Shown in pieces: positions 8,614 through 18,538 of a stretch of DNA of 42,722 bases. The DNA is taken from the sequence record SRR16203515_5557; one strand, given 5' to 3'. The notes under the pieces were generated by a model, which ran no database searches, was not told the origin of the DNA, and saw only the letters and a program-made list of their open reading frames with translations. The translations under genes were made by a program, and so were the position numbers. The first letter of the stretch is position 1, and the number at the start of each line of letters is the position of its first letter.

Positions 8614-9921
8614 ATGAAAAACATAGCCTTAACCATAGTTCTTGCCTTCGGCTCCAGTGCAGCGCTAGTCCCCACAATAGCGGCAGCATCGTCCACCGCC
8701 AATGCAAGCGTGACGAATATTCAGCAAAGTGATGCTGAGTTAGACAGTCTACTTGCGCCTATTGCCCTGTACCCCGATACCTTGCTAACCCATATACTTA
8801 TTGCCACCACCTACCCGCTGGATGTGATCGCCGCTGATAGATGGCGACAAAGCAATGCACATTTAAGCCCCGAACAGGTTGAAAGTGTTATTGCGCCCAT
8901 CGACTGGGACCCCAGCGTTAAAGCCCTTGTGCCCTTTACCGATATTTTGCATACCATGGCAGAAGATATTGAGTGGATGGAACAATTAGGCGACAGCATG
9001 CTTGTGGATGAAGCGCGAGTTTTAGCGCGGGTACAAGACTTACGCCGGCACGCCATGAATGCGGGTAACCTCACCAGCAATGATTATTTAGACGTTGAGC
9101 GCGAAAAAGAGATTATCTACATTGCCCCACGTCATCGTGAAACTGTGTATGTGCCTTATTATGACCCACGCATTGTTTACGGTACCTGGTATCACCCTAT
9201 AACCCCGCGACTTTGGCATCATGGCATAGGTTTTCAGCATGTGGGACACTTTTACTGGTCGCCGCAAGTGCGAATTTCCGCCCTATTTTACTTTGGTGGC
9301 ATTCACTGGCATAACCGTTATGTAGTGACCCAGCGACGCCCTATTACCACCTTCTACCGGGGTAGGGCAGCTAAACGGGTATATAGCAAAGGATATCAAC
9401 GCTGGCAGCACAATGTCGATCACAGGCGTGCACGTTACTCACCGCGCGTCACTCACAGCACACCCAGAAGCTTTCAGCACAAACGTGTTGTGGTCGCTAA
9501 ACCACACAAGAAAACCACCGGCTATGTGCGCGGAAACAGCCCTAAAAGGGCGCAGTTATCGGCTAAAAAAACACAAGTTCGTGAGCCATCGGTAAAAAAA
9601 TACAGCCGGGTTGAACATGCATTAAAATCGAGCCCAAAAACCCACGCAAGAAAAAGCGCGCCGAAAGTAGTAGCCAAAAAAACCGTGGTGAAAAAAAATA
9701 CCCGAGTAAGCGCTCATCCGGTTAAACATCAAACGGTAAGACAAGGTAAAACCCGCGAACCACAAAAGCGCTACACCACTGGCGACAATCGCCCAGTAAA
9801 AAGTCATATTAAACAGCAGCGTACAGTGAGTCGTAGTACCTCACCCCCTAAGCGTAATACCGGCGTGAGTCGCCAGCCTACCCGCAGTAAGCCGGCTCAT
9901 CCGCTTAGCAAGCAGCGTTAG
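8614..9921 (+). CDS. Exported DUF3300-domain protein with a basic low-complexity tail
   Basis: Signal peptide; ELDSLLAPIALYPDTLL, WDPSVKAL and VYVPYYDP are DUF3300 motifs; Lys/Arg-rich C-terminal region. Confidence 0.88.
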   Translation: MKNIALTIVLAFGSSAALVPTIAAASSTANASVTNIQQSDAELDSLLAPIALYPDTLLTHILIATTYPLDVIAADRWRQSNAHLSPEQVESVIAPIDWDPSVKALVPFTDILHTMAEDIEWMEQLGDSMLVDEARVLARVQDLRRHAMNAGNLTSNDYLDVEREKEIIYIAPRHRETVYVPYYDPRIVYGTWYHPITPRLWHHGIGFQHVGHFYWSPQVRISALFYFGGIHWHNRYVVTQRRPITTFYRGRAAKRVYSKGYQRWQHNVDHRRARYSPRVTHSTPRSFQHKRVVVAKPHKKTTGYVRGNSPKRAQLSAKKTQVREPSVKKYSRVEHALKSSPKTHARKSAPKVVAKKTVVKKNTRVSAHPVKHQTVRQGKTREPQKRYTTGDNRPVKSHIKQQRTVSRSTSPPKRNTGVSRQPTRSKPAHPLSKQR

Positions 9922-9925
9922 TTGC

Positions 9926-9957
9926 CAAGGTATCTGGTGGCCTCACCAGATACCTTG
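9926..9957. terminator. Hairpin between convergent genes (likely bidirectional terminator)
   Basis: Perfect 14-bp stem CAAGGTATCTGGTG-gcct-CACCAGATACCTTG. Confidence 0.7.
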
Positions 9958-9979
9958 TTAAACCTCCCCCCCGTGGCCT

Positions 9980-10873
9980 TTATTGACCGCTACCATGGTT
10001 ACCCTTGCCGTGTTGATGAAAAGACAGCAAGGCATCGACAAAACATGGGCCTGACGCTGGGTCTAAATTAAAGTACAAAGAAGGCTCAATGAGTTCTAAC
10101 TCCATCACCGCCCATTGCTCGTGCATGCGAATAAGATCAACCCGCGCATACAATGCCTCGGCAGGCATGGCTTTCAGAGCTTGGTCGGCAACAGTCAACA
10201 TGCTGTCAGTAGCATCAATAGAGTACAGCTGACCGCCATGTTCTTCTTGCACCCTAAAATCGCCCCGTTGCGGTACTTTTAAAATGCCGTGACTATAGTG
10301 ACCTCCAAAGTAAAACAGCGAATACTCCCCTTCCTCAACCACACTGTCTAAGAACGGCTGGATCATATGTGCACGCTCGGCGAAACAGTTGGTCAGTTCG
10401 GGCATATGTTCAGTAATATCATCACGACTTAATTTAAAGGTATCATCGGCGTTGGCACTGAGGACCGGCTTAATGATCAGTGTGTCAGTAGCAAATTCGT
10501 CGAACTGTGCCAGCAACCGAGCAGCATCAAATTTCTCCTGCCAGTCAGTCGGCACTATATGAACGCCCTGACTGGCAATGTCTTTTAAGTAGTACTTTTC
10601 TATATTCCATTTTATCAGTGACAATGGATTCAATAGTATGGCGTTGCTCGCCTCTATCTCTTCAAGGCATTGGATAAACGCCGCGGGATATTGCTGATAA
10701 TCCCAGGTACTGCGCACAATCACGTAGTCAAACTGGTTCCAATCGGTTGCGGTTGCATGCCAAGACACAGTCGCTACCTGCCAGCCTTTTTTCTCGAAAT
10801 GGGGAATAAGTAGTTCGTCGTAAACAAAGAATGCTTCTAAATTATCGGTGGATAAAAAGGCGACCTTAGGCAC
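9980..10873 (-). CDS. ATP-grasp ligase (RimK/GshB-like)
   Basis: IVRSTWDY, IIKPVLSA, GEYSLFYF, DFRVQEEHGG, YARVDL, MELELIEPSLY. Confidence 0.85.
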   Translation of the reverse strand: MPKVAFLSTDNLEAFFVYDELLIPHFEKKGWQVATVSWHATATDWNQFDYVIVRSTWDYQQYPAAFIQCLEEIEASNAILLNPLSLIKWNIEKYYLKDIASQGVHIVPTDWQEKFDAARLLAQFDEFATDTLIIKPVLSANADDTFKLSRDDITEHMPELTNCFAERAHMIQPFLDSVVEEGEYSLFYFGGHYSHGILKVPQRGDFRVQEEHGGQLYSIDATDSMLTVADQALKAMPAEALYARVDLIRMHEQWAVMELELIEPSLYFNLDPASGPCFVDALLSFHQHGKGNHGSGQ

Positions 10874-10961
10874 GGCATAGCTCCTTTCGTTGCGCTAACT
10901 GGTAACTCACGCATTCTCTGCGTAGTATGGTAAATAGCTTTTTAAATCAGGTGTTAACTTT

Positions 10962-11951
10962 ATGCAAGCTGCATTACCTTCGTCCGCGCTTTTGTGGGGT
11001 TACCAAATAACCCACGATAACCATCACCATGAACTGGATGCCGCGCAATTGCATGAGGCAATAAAGCGCCCGGCAGTAGCGGGAAACATGCTGTGGCTGC
11101 ATGTACAGTCAGACGCCGAGGACGCCACTAGCTTGTTGCAAAGCATGGGGGTGGAAAGTCGTGTTATCGACAGCTTGCTGGCCTTAGAAACACGGCCCCG
11201 AGCCATGGCACTGTGTGAGGGCACTCTCGTTTATTTGCGCGGAATTAATAAAAACCCCAATGCAGATCCTGAAGATATGGTGTCACTGCGTATCTGGTTT
11301 AATAACTCACTGATTATTACCGCACGGCGAAAAAATCGTCGTCTTGCATCAATTATGCAAGTTAAGGAACAGATAGAGGCAAACACCCCCATTAGCCATC
11401 CAGCCAACCTCGTCATCAACATGGTAAGTAGTGTGGCTAATACCATTGTCGATGTGGTGGATGACATGGACGACACCTTGGTGAACTTTGAAGCTAACGA
11501 GCAATTAAACAAGCAAGATCGCCAAACCTTAGCAGCGGTTCGACGTCAAGCCGCCGCCATGCGCCGCTATCTCGCTCCCCAGCGAGATGCCCTCGATGCC
11601 CTCCTGCGCCTGCCAAATGTATTGTCTACCCAGCAAAGCTTTGAGCTACGCGAGCAAATAGATCGTATGGCTCGTTACGTTGAAGATATGGACTTACTAC
11701 GAGAACGGGCCATTGTACTGCAAGATGAATTGCGTAACCGTATCGCAGAACAGCAGGGCATGCGTATGTATGTGCTGTCTTTGGTCACCGCCATCTTTCT
11801 CCCTTTATCCTTTCTCACTGGCGTATTTGGTATGAATGTGGGCGGTCTGCCTGGTATCGACTCGGTGAACGGTTTTACCTATGTGGTGGCAGCGATGATC
11901 TTTCTCGCTGCTTGCATGTTAGTTGCTATGCTCTGGAAACGTTGGCTGTAA
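10962..11951 (+). CDS. zntB: CorA-family divalent cation transporter, ZntB-like
   Basis: ETRPR, LRGINKNPNADPEDMVSLRIW, RRYLAPQRDA, FLPLSFLTGVFGMNVGGLPG and two C-terminal TM helices. Confidence 0.88.
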   Translation: MQAALPSSALLWGYQITHDNHHHELDAAQLHEAIKRPAVAGNMLWLHVQSDAEDATSLLQSMGVESRVIDSLLALETRPRAMALCEGTLVYLRGINKNPNADPEDMVSLRIWFNNSLIITARRKNRRLASIMQVKEQIEANTPISHPANLVINMVSSVANTIVDVVDDMDDTLVNFEANEQLNKQDRQTLAAVRRQAAAMRRYLAPQRDALDALLRLPNVLSTQQSFELREQIDRMARYVEDMDLLRERAIVLQDELRNRIAEQQGMRMYVLSLVTAIFLPLSFLTGVFGMNVGGLPGIDSVNGFTYVVAAMIFLAACMLVAMLWKRWL

Positions 11952-12114
11952 AAGCCAAGACGCCCATTTTTTCACCCTATCACACTCACTTAGCGTCTAC
12001 CTTATACTAAAGTTTGCTCGCTTAGCGCATCGGTTAAGCGTATTGTTTTTTGTAAACAGTATGGTTTCCATTTGTTAACTATACTTACATAAAATATGCG
12101 TACCGGAGACGTGG

Positions 12115-13596
12115 ATGCAGTATTCTTGGGTAACCGAAGGTCAAAAGATCTTCCGAGTGGTTATAGTAATCCAATGGTTGATTGCCCTGGCCATTGGCTT
12201 GGTCACGGGTGAATTACTGCCCGCGTTTATTTTTGGTATTCCTATCATAGTCGTGCCATTGTGGCTTAGCTTCGCACAACCCTATAGTGCCCTCAGTCGC
12301 CACGCCATGGCCATTGGCACCCTATTACTCACCGCGCTGCATATTCACCAAAGTTTTGGGCTTATTGAGGTTCACTTCGAAATTTTCGTGCTACTCGCGT
12401 TTTTGTCTTATTTTCGGGATTGGAAAATCATTGCCACTGGCACGGTTGTGGTGGCAGTCCATCATATCGGATTCTTCATTTTACAAGTGCAAGGCATTCC
12501 AGCTTACGTGTTTGAAGAAGGCCACGTCACCTTCAGTATTCTATTAATGCATGCGGCCTTCGCGGTTGCAGAGGGTCTGGTGCTGATGTTCATGGCCAAG
12601 CACTCCCATCAAGAAGGGATAGGGGCAGCTCAACTGAGACTTGCTATTAGCAACATGCAGCAACACGCCGGACAACTCGATTTGTCTCAACCCATTGATA
12701 GCGAAAACCCGGTCACTCGCCCGTTTGCTGAACTCATTGCCCAGGTAAAAGAGTTAGTTGAACAGGCATCATCGTTAACCGATGATGTAGTGTGCGGCTG
12801 CGGTAAAATGGAAGCAGTTGCTAAAGATATGTTTGCCATTAGCCAAAATACCGATGAAGAGTTAACTAAGGTATCTGCGTCTACCGAAGAAATAGCCCAC
12901 ACCATGCAAGTTTCCACCGAGCAGACGACCAATGCCAGTGACAAGGCCAATGCAGCGCAATTAGCTTCTCAGACTACCCGAGCGTCTATATCCAGTACCA
13001 GCCAAACTATTGACTCCTTACGTAATACGCTTAATCACGCCGCTAAAACCAATGCCGCCCTTAATGAACAATGTAGTCATATTTCCGAGGCCATGCGGGC
13101 TATCACCGCAGTGGCCGAACAAACCAATTTGCTGGCGCTTAATGCGGCCATTGAATCAGCTCGGGCTGGTGAGCACGGACGTGGCTTTGCGGTAGTTGCC
13201 GATGAAGTACGCACCTTGGCGATCCGCTCTAAAGAAAGTGCCGACCAGATAACCCATATAACCGAACAGTTAGTCAATCAAACTGCAGAATCTGTGGAGC
13301 AAATGCAAACCTGCATCAAACTGGTTGATGAGGCGGTATTATCCTCTGATGCCGCTACACAGGCGATGACAGATATTATGCAACAAATACAAAATGCCAG
13401 TAATAGCATGTCTGAAATTGCTACCTCTGCCATTGAGCAAGAGTCAGCCTCGGCAGCCATTGCCGAGAGTACCACCCGGTTAGGTGATTTTACCGCGCAG
13501 GAATTAACCACCGCTGAATCCCTCGCTACCGAGGTGCGTACTTTGTCTGATACCTCGCAGAAAATGCGCAGTGCAATTGCGCGCTTTAGGTTATGA
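12115..13596 (+). CDS. Methyl-accepting chemotaxis protein with an integral-membrane His-rich sensor domain
   Basis: [35 protein letters not shown] signalling hairpin; multi-TM N-terminus with HIHQ...EVHF, VHH and MHAAF. Confidence 0.93.
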   Translation: MQYSWVTEGQKIFRVVIVIQWLIALAIGLVTGELLPAFIFGIPIIVVPLWLSFAQPYSALSRHAMAIGTLLLTALHIHQSFGLIEVHFEIFVLLAFLSYFRDWKIIATGTVVVAVHHIGFFILQVQGIPAYVFEEGHVTFSILLMHAAFAVAEGLVLMFMAKHSHQEGIGAAQLRLAISNMQQHAGQLDLSQPIDSENPVTRPFAELIAQVKELVEQASSLTDDVVCGCGKMEAVAKDMFAISQNTDEELTKVSASTEEIAHTMQVSTEQTTNASDKANAAQLASQTTRASISSTSQTIDSLRNTLNHAAKTNAALNEQCSHISEAMRAITAVAEQTNLLALNAAIESARAGEHGRGFAVVADEVRTLAIRSKESADQITHITEQLVNQTAESVEQMQTCIKLVDEAVLSSDAATQAMTDIMQQIQNASNSMSEIATSAIEQESASAAIAESTTRLGDFTAQELTTAESLATEVRTLSDTSQKMRSAIARFRL

Positions 13597-14120
13597 ATAC
13601 ACCGCTTAGTTGGGGGTTGTTAGTTGGGTGGGCAGCGCTGCTGTTAATAGGACTAATGCTATACAGCCAGCGCCAGCTTTCCCCTTTTGACCCACAAGGG
13701 GTATTGTTGCATGCCTCAACCAGCGCCACCTTTGATGAAACCGTGGCTAACGCGCTAAAAAAACAAGGTATTGCTGGCGCATCCATTGTTCATGTGGGGT
13801 CGGCGAATCGCTGCTATTGCGAAACACTAACCGAGCCACACCAAGCGCAGCTGCTTAGAAAACTACGTGCAACTGGGTACCACGCAACCCAGCTTAACCT
13901 TGCCGACGCGCCTGAGTTACAGAAACTTATTTCGGCGACCCCTGCCCTGATTGTTATAGATAGCGATTTTCAGCTTCGCTACCTTGGCCCCTATGCCCTT
14001 GGCTATGGCTGCCTTACCGGCAACACCCTCGTAGATGCCGTTAGTCAGTATGCGCGTGCCCCCCATTACTCAGGTGCCATCATCCATGCTGACGCTAAAG
14101 GCTGTTTTTGTCATGCCTAG
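13593..14120 (+). CDS. Membrane-anchored Cys-rich thioredoxin-like protein (DUF6436-like)
   Basis: N-terminal TM helix; [11 protein letters not shown]...LRYLGPY..GYGC and C-terminal GCFC; ATGA overlap with the MCP stop. Confidence 0.7.
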   Translation: MNTPLSWGLLVGWAALLLIGLMLYSQRQLSPFDPQGVLLHASTSATFDETVANALKKQGIAGASIVHVGSANRCYCETLTEPHQAQLLRKLRATGYHATQLNLADAPELQKLISATPALIVIDSDFQLRYLGPYALGYGCLTGNTLVDAVSQYARAPHYSGAIIHADAKGCFCHA

Positions 14121-14230
14121 TTGGCATCAAATATGTAACCAGACTTCCTACATACTTCGTATAAGTTTCTTGTGTGAAAGTGTTACCCGCCTTCCTCAAT
14201 ATTGTGCGAAAAATATACATGGAGGAGAGT

Positions 14231-14962
14231 ATGAGTAAAGAAGCCACATTATATCGCATGGCCACGTCAGAGCATTTGTGCCCCTTTGGTATCAAGTCAA
14301 AAGATCTTTTGAAACGAGAAGGCTATAAGGTTGATGATAGAAAGTTAACCAGCCGGGCTGAAACCGATGAGTTTAAACAAAAGCATCAGGTAGAGACCAC
14401 ACCGCAAACCTTTATCGATGGTAAGCGCATCGGCGGGTATGACGACTTACGTCAATTCTTTAATAAGAAGCCGGAAGAAGAGTTTGGCTCTCGCTATACC
14501 CCTATTATTGCTATTTTTTCCATTGCTGCCTTAGTGACGTTAGCTATGTTGGTCAGAGGAAGTATGGGGCTAGCGCTAGAGCCTACTGTGATGATGTTTA
14601 TTGGTGTGGCCATGGTGCTGTTAGCGCTACAAAAGCTACAAGACGTAGTGGCGTTTTCTAAACAATTTATCACCTACGACTTACTGGCGATGAAAAAAGC
14701 GCGCTACGGCTATGTGTACCCCTTTGCTGAGGCCTATGCTGGCCTTGCAATGATTGCCGCGATTCCGGCCATTGCCTTTGCGCCTGTGGCAATTTTTATC
14801 GGCGCGATTGGCGCTGTGTCGGTCATTAAGGCAGTGTATATTGATAAGCGCGAGTTAAAATGTGCCTGTGTGGGGGGGAATAGTGATGTCCCCTTAGGCT
14901 TTATCTCGCTTACTGAAAATATCGGCATGCTAGGTGCGGGCTTATATATGCTATTGAGTTAG
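14231..14962 (+). CDS. Glutaredoxin-like/MauE (DoxX-family) redox membrane protein
   Basis: ATG at 14231 after a GGAGGAG RBS; HLCPFG, TTPQTFIDGKRIGGYDDL glutaredoxin motifs; TM helices and LKCACVGG...LGFISLTEN MauE motif. Confidence 0.88.
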   Translation: MSKEATLYRMATSEHLCPFGIKSKDLLKREGYKVDDRKLTSRAETDEFKQKHQVETTPQTFIDGKRIGGYDDLRQFFNKKPEEEFGSRYTPIIAIFSIAALVTLAMLVRGSMGLALEPTVMMFIGVAMVLLALQKLQDVVAFSKQFITYDLLAMKKARYGYVYPFAEAYAGLAMIAAIPAIAFAPVAIFIGAIGAVSVIKAVYIDKRELKCACVGGNSDVPLGFISLTENIGMLGAGLYMLLS

Positions 14963-14987
14963 CCTCTCATCCCTCGCCTAGATACCT

Positions 14988-15024
14988 AATGTCCTTGCCA
15001 CGCGCCCTTGCGTGCAAGGACATT
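14988..15024. terminator. Hairpin between convergent genes
   Basis: AATGTCCTTGC(c)ACGC-gccctt-GCGTGCAAGGACATT. Confidence 0.65.
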
Positions 15025-15033
15025 GGATAGGTA

Positions 15034-15987
15034 TTAACCTTCGGTTACCACTTCTGTGGGGCGCGCTAAGCCTTTTAAGTGAGCCACCACGCTTCGCCCT
15101 AAGGCACTGTTGTCGTAGCCCCCTTCAAGTAAACTAACAATGCGCCCGTGGCAGCAGATATCGGCCACATTTCTTAACTTTCTGCTCAGCCAATAATAGT
15201 CATCTTCATTCAGGCGCAAATGAGCCATTGGATCTTCGGCATGGCCGTCAAACCCTGCCGATAACAAGATAAGTTGCGGCTTAAAGTTAATTAGGGCATC
15301 AAACCAATGTTGAACCTTGGTCCGATATACGTCTCCCGTTGCCCCCGCATCAATGGGCACAGACAGGATATTACTGGCCAATACCGGCGAACCGCTATGC
15401 GGATAAAACGGGTGCTGAAAACTGGAACACATCATAATACGTTGATCGCCCGCAATAATATGTTCAGTTCCATTACCATGATGAACATCAAAATCGACAA
15501 TCGCCACCCGTTGTAACTGATAGTTCTGTAAGGCATAGCGGGCTGCAATAGCGACATTATTAAAAATACAAAACCCCATGGCGGCGTCGTAGGTGGCGTG
15601 ATGCCCAGGCGGTCGGGTTAAACAAAAGCTTTGCCGATCATTGCCTTGCATCACCCAATCTACCGCATTACAGCCAGCTCCCGCCGACTCCAACGCCGCG
15701 GTAAGGCTACCTTCCACAAAGCCCGTATCATCCGCTAGCCATACCACGGGTTTGTCTTCGCTTAGGGTATTGGCTTGTTCAAATACCTGCTTAATATAAC
15801 AAGGGTCGTGGGCCAAGCTTAAATAGGCCTCGGCTATCGGTGTCGCATCGGCGTGTTCACACACCATTTCTACCCCGGAGGCGAGCAGTTGATCATCAAT
15901 AGCAAATAACCGGTTCGGCGACTCAGGGTGCTCAGGCCCTAAGTCGTGTTTTACGCTGTGCTTACTGCGATAAATACGAACCGTCAT
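15034..15987 (-). CDS. Zn-dependent histone deacetylase-family (AcuC/APAH-like) deacylase
   Basis: HPESPNRL, RPPGHHA, GFCIFNN, DFDVHHGNGT, SAGFD and LEGGY are all intact. Confidence 0.95.
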   Translation of the reverse strand: MTVRIYRSKHSVKHDLGPEHPESPNRLFAIDDQLLASGVEMVCEHADATPIAEAYLSLAHDPCYIKQVFEQANTLSEDKPVVWLADDTGFVEGSLTAALESAGAGCNAVDWVMQGNDRQSFCLTRPPGHHATYDAAMGFCIFNNVAIAARYALQNYQLQRVAIVDFDVHHGNGTEHIIAGDQRIMMCSSFQHPFYPHSGSPVLASNILSVPIDAGATGDVYRTKVQHWFDALINFKPQLILLSAGFDGHAEDPMAHLRLNEDDYYWLSRKLRNVADICCHGRIVSLLEGGYDNSALGRSVVAHLKGLARPTEVVTEG

Positions 15988-17828
15988 GACAAAGACGCCA
16001 CATCAAGCACCAACTCCACATCACTGGGATCCCCAGTAAACCTGCGTTTGAACTTGGCCTGCTCAAATATCGTGATCATGGGTTTGTTTTCCCCTCTTAC
16101 GTACGCCATCATTTTTTCAATCCCACGGGCCTTCGCAATCTCAATCAATTGCTGTAGTAGCCTGCTGGCCATGCCCTTCCCCTGTTGGGTTTCCCGGGTA
16201 ACAAAGGCGACTTCACAGGTGTTGCTATTGGCATCAAAGTAGAAACGTCCAATCGCTTGTAGGGTAATACGCGAACCATCCTGTTTAACAATGCACAAGG
16301 CCACGTCAGAGGACTGGTCCACACTCACCAAATTGCATGATTTCTCTCGGGACATCTGCTTTGGATCATAGTTGTACCTCAGTCGCAGGGTCTCTTTGGT
16401 ATGAGAATAAAAGAATTCTTGTAACCGACGCTCATCCGCCGGATTAAGCGGGCGCATATAGAAGGTTTCACCCTGAATGTTCAGTCGTTTAAGTTGAATA
16501 GCGCCCCATTCGGCAATATCAGTGGGGTACTTTTCCTGGTAGTGAGGAACCCAGTAATGCTGGCGTACCTCCTCAAGTAATTGTGCTCTAAACTTAGGAT
16601 GCGCTACCCGTATCAACTCCAGCGCCCGTTCGCGGATACTCTTGCCCTTTAACGAGGCGATACCGTATTCGGTAACCACATATTGAACATTTCCCCGTGA
16701 CGTCACCACGCCAGCACCTTCTGAAATACGCGGGGTGATGCGGGAGATGGTTTCATTCTTTGCCGTTGAGGGTAAGGCGATAATCGGCTTGCCGCCCTTA
16801 CTAATAGAGGCGCCGGTGACGAAGTCCACCTGACCGCCAATACCACTATAAAAGTCGTAACCTAAGGAGTCAGCCACGACTTGCCCGGTTAAGTCCACTT
16901 CCAGGGCGCTATTAATCGCGATCATATTGTCGTTTTTCGCGATATTAGTGGGCTTGTTTACATAGCTACTGGGGTAAAACTCAATATGCGGATTATTATC
17001 GATAAGGTCGTACAATTTGCGTGAACCAATCGCGAAACTGGTGACTACTTTGCCGGGGTGAAAGGTCTTCTTTTTGTTGGTTACCGCGCCCGATGCCAGT
17101 AAGTCAATGACACTGTCGGTGAGCATTTCACTGTGAATGCCTAAATCTTTGTGGTTACGTAAGTATTTTAGGGTGGCGCTGGGGATTTTACCAATACCAA
17201 ATTGTAGCGTAGCGCCATCGTCTACCAACATAGATACATACTGACCAATACGCTCGGCCACCGAATCTATAGGTGGTGGACTCACTTCCACTAAGGGCTC
17301 TTTAGCTTCAATGCAGGCGGTAATTTCGCTGATATGAATATAAGAGTGCCCTGCGGTGCGTGGCACATCAGGGTTAATTTGTGCCACCACTTGCTTACAC
17401 TGGCGCACCGCCGACATAGAGATATCCACCGCAGCGCCTAATGAACAGTAACCAAATTCATCGGGCGGGCTGACATTCACCAAGGCCGCATCAAGGGCCA
17501 GAGTACCATCGCTAAATAGGCTGGATATTTCAGATAAAAATACAGGGGTGTAGTCGGCGCGCCCTTCATCCACCGCCCGCCGTATAACATCGCCGCCAAT
17601 AAAAAAGGTATTGGCTTTAAACAGTCGCTTGTATTCTTCTTTAGCCCAGCGGGTATCCCCTAGCGCTAGCATGTGAACAAGTTCAATATCACTGAACCCC
17701 TCACTGTGATCAATGAGGTGCTGCACCAGTGCATAGGGTACCGACGCCGTGCCGCCCACAAATACTCGAGAGCCAGACTTGATCAGTTTATCCCACGCCG
17801 GTGCTGGAGGGAGTTGTATAGTCATCAC
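15984..17828 (-). CDS. Acetyl-CoA hydrolase/family I CoA-transferase fused to a C-terminal GNAT acetyltransferase
   Basis: RADYTPVFLSE, TLQFGIG, GIHSEM (catalytic Glu), SGIGGQVDF, VVTEYG; GNAT motifs RPLNPADE...RLRY and EVAFV...QQGKGMA. Confidence 0.92.
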   Translation of the reverse strand: MMTIQLPPAPAWDKLIKSGSRVFVGGTASVPYALVQHLIDHSEGFSDIELVHMLALGDTRWAKEEYKRLFKANTFFIGGDVIRRAVDEGRADYTPVFLSEISSLFSDGTLALDAALVNVSPPDEFGYCSLGAAVDISMSAVRQCKQVVAQINPDVPRTAGHSYIHISEITACIEAKEPLVEVSPPPIDSVAERIGQYVSMLVDDGATLQFGIGKIPSATLKYLRNHKDLGIHSEMLTDSVIDLLASGAVTNKKKTFHPGKVVTSFAIGSRKLYDLIDNNPHIEFYPSSYVNKPTNIAKNDNMIAINSALEVDLTGQVVADSLGYDFYSGIGGQVDFVTGASISKGGKPIIALPSTAKNETISRITPRISEGAGVVTSRGNVQYVVTEYGIASLKGKSIRERALELIRVAHPKFRAQLLEEVRQHYWVPHYQEKYPTDIAEWGAIQLKRLNIQGETFYMRPLNPADERRLQEFFYSHTKETLRLRYNYDPKQMSREKSCNLVSVDQSSDVALCIVKQDGSRITLQAIGRFYFDANSNTCEVAFVTRETQQGKGMASRLLQQLIEIAKARGIEKMMAYVRGENKPMITIFEQAKFKRRFTGDPSDVELVLDVASLS

Positions 17829-18015
17829 CGCAACCTACCATCTTTCCTACAATACCCTCATGATGCCATACTTTTCATGGGATGCTTATGGGTAAAGCTG
17901 GCTTTCTGTTAAGCGATTAGTCGTAGGTTTGCCATAGCCCATTCACCAAGGACGAATAAAGATTCTCTAGGTTTTGCCGTGACAGCCACGCAACGATAGC
18001 CGCCTTAGCAAGGTA

Positions 18016-18513
18016 CTAAAATGCGAAAGCCTTGAGCCAATTGCGAAAGAAAGGCGAGATATTTGCCATGCTATTAGGCAGGCTATGTGTATCATGTACC
18101 AGTAACAAGTTAGCGCACGAGGCATTGGCATACCTGATCGTATTGCCTACGGGTACCACATCGTCTTGCCAGCCATGAACAATATTCACCGCGCCGTCAA
18201 AATTGTAGTGTTGAACCTGGTAATCAGGCATGTGTAGCGCAGGTGCCAGTAAGAACACCCCCGCCACCTTGGTCCGCTCTCCCGCCACTAAGGACACATA
18301 GCCGCCCATACTTGAGCCTACTAGTATCACGGTGTCGGTCTGCTGAGACACAATATCCACCAGCCGCTCTACTCTGTCTTCTGGCGAGGTAAGATCTTGG
18401 TAATCAATACTATGCACCATAAAACCAAGATTTTCCGCTACTTTAGCAAGGGTAGTAATCTTACTCCCCCAAGGACCACTCTCTTTTCCATGAGAAAAAA
18501 TGACCGTTGTCAT
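18016..18513 (-). CDS. Small alpha/beta hydrolase
   Basis: FSHGKES, nucleophile elbow GSSMGG, HGWQDDVVP, C-terminal His. Confidence 0.88.
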   Translation of the reverse strand: MTTVIFSHGKESGPWGSKITTLAKVAENLGFMVHSIDYQDLTSPEDRVERLVDIVSQQTDTVILVGSSMGGYVSLVAGERTKVAGVFLLAPALHMPDYQVQHYNFDGAVNIVHGWQDDVVPVGNTIRYANASCANLLLVHDTHSLPNSMANISPFFRNWLKAFAF

Positions 18514-18538
18514 TTAAGACGCTCCTGTTGTGTTGATG

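Noticed and set aside
11965-11977. 13-bp string CATTTTTTCACCC repeated at 29742-29754, both near signalling genes
   Set aside because: Low complexity and short enough to recur by chance in 42 kb.
12008-12040. Sigma-28 promoter for the MCP (TAAAGTTT)
   Set aside because: No GCCGATAA-like -10 element at the proper spacing.
14135-14175. MerR-type operator upstream of the glutaredoxin-MauE gene
   Set aside because: The dyad is too degenerate and there is no MerR gene nearby.
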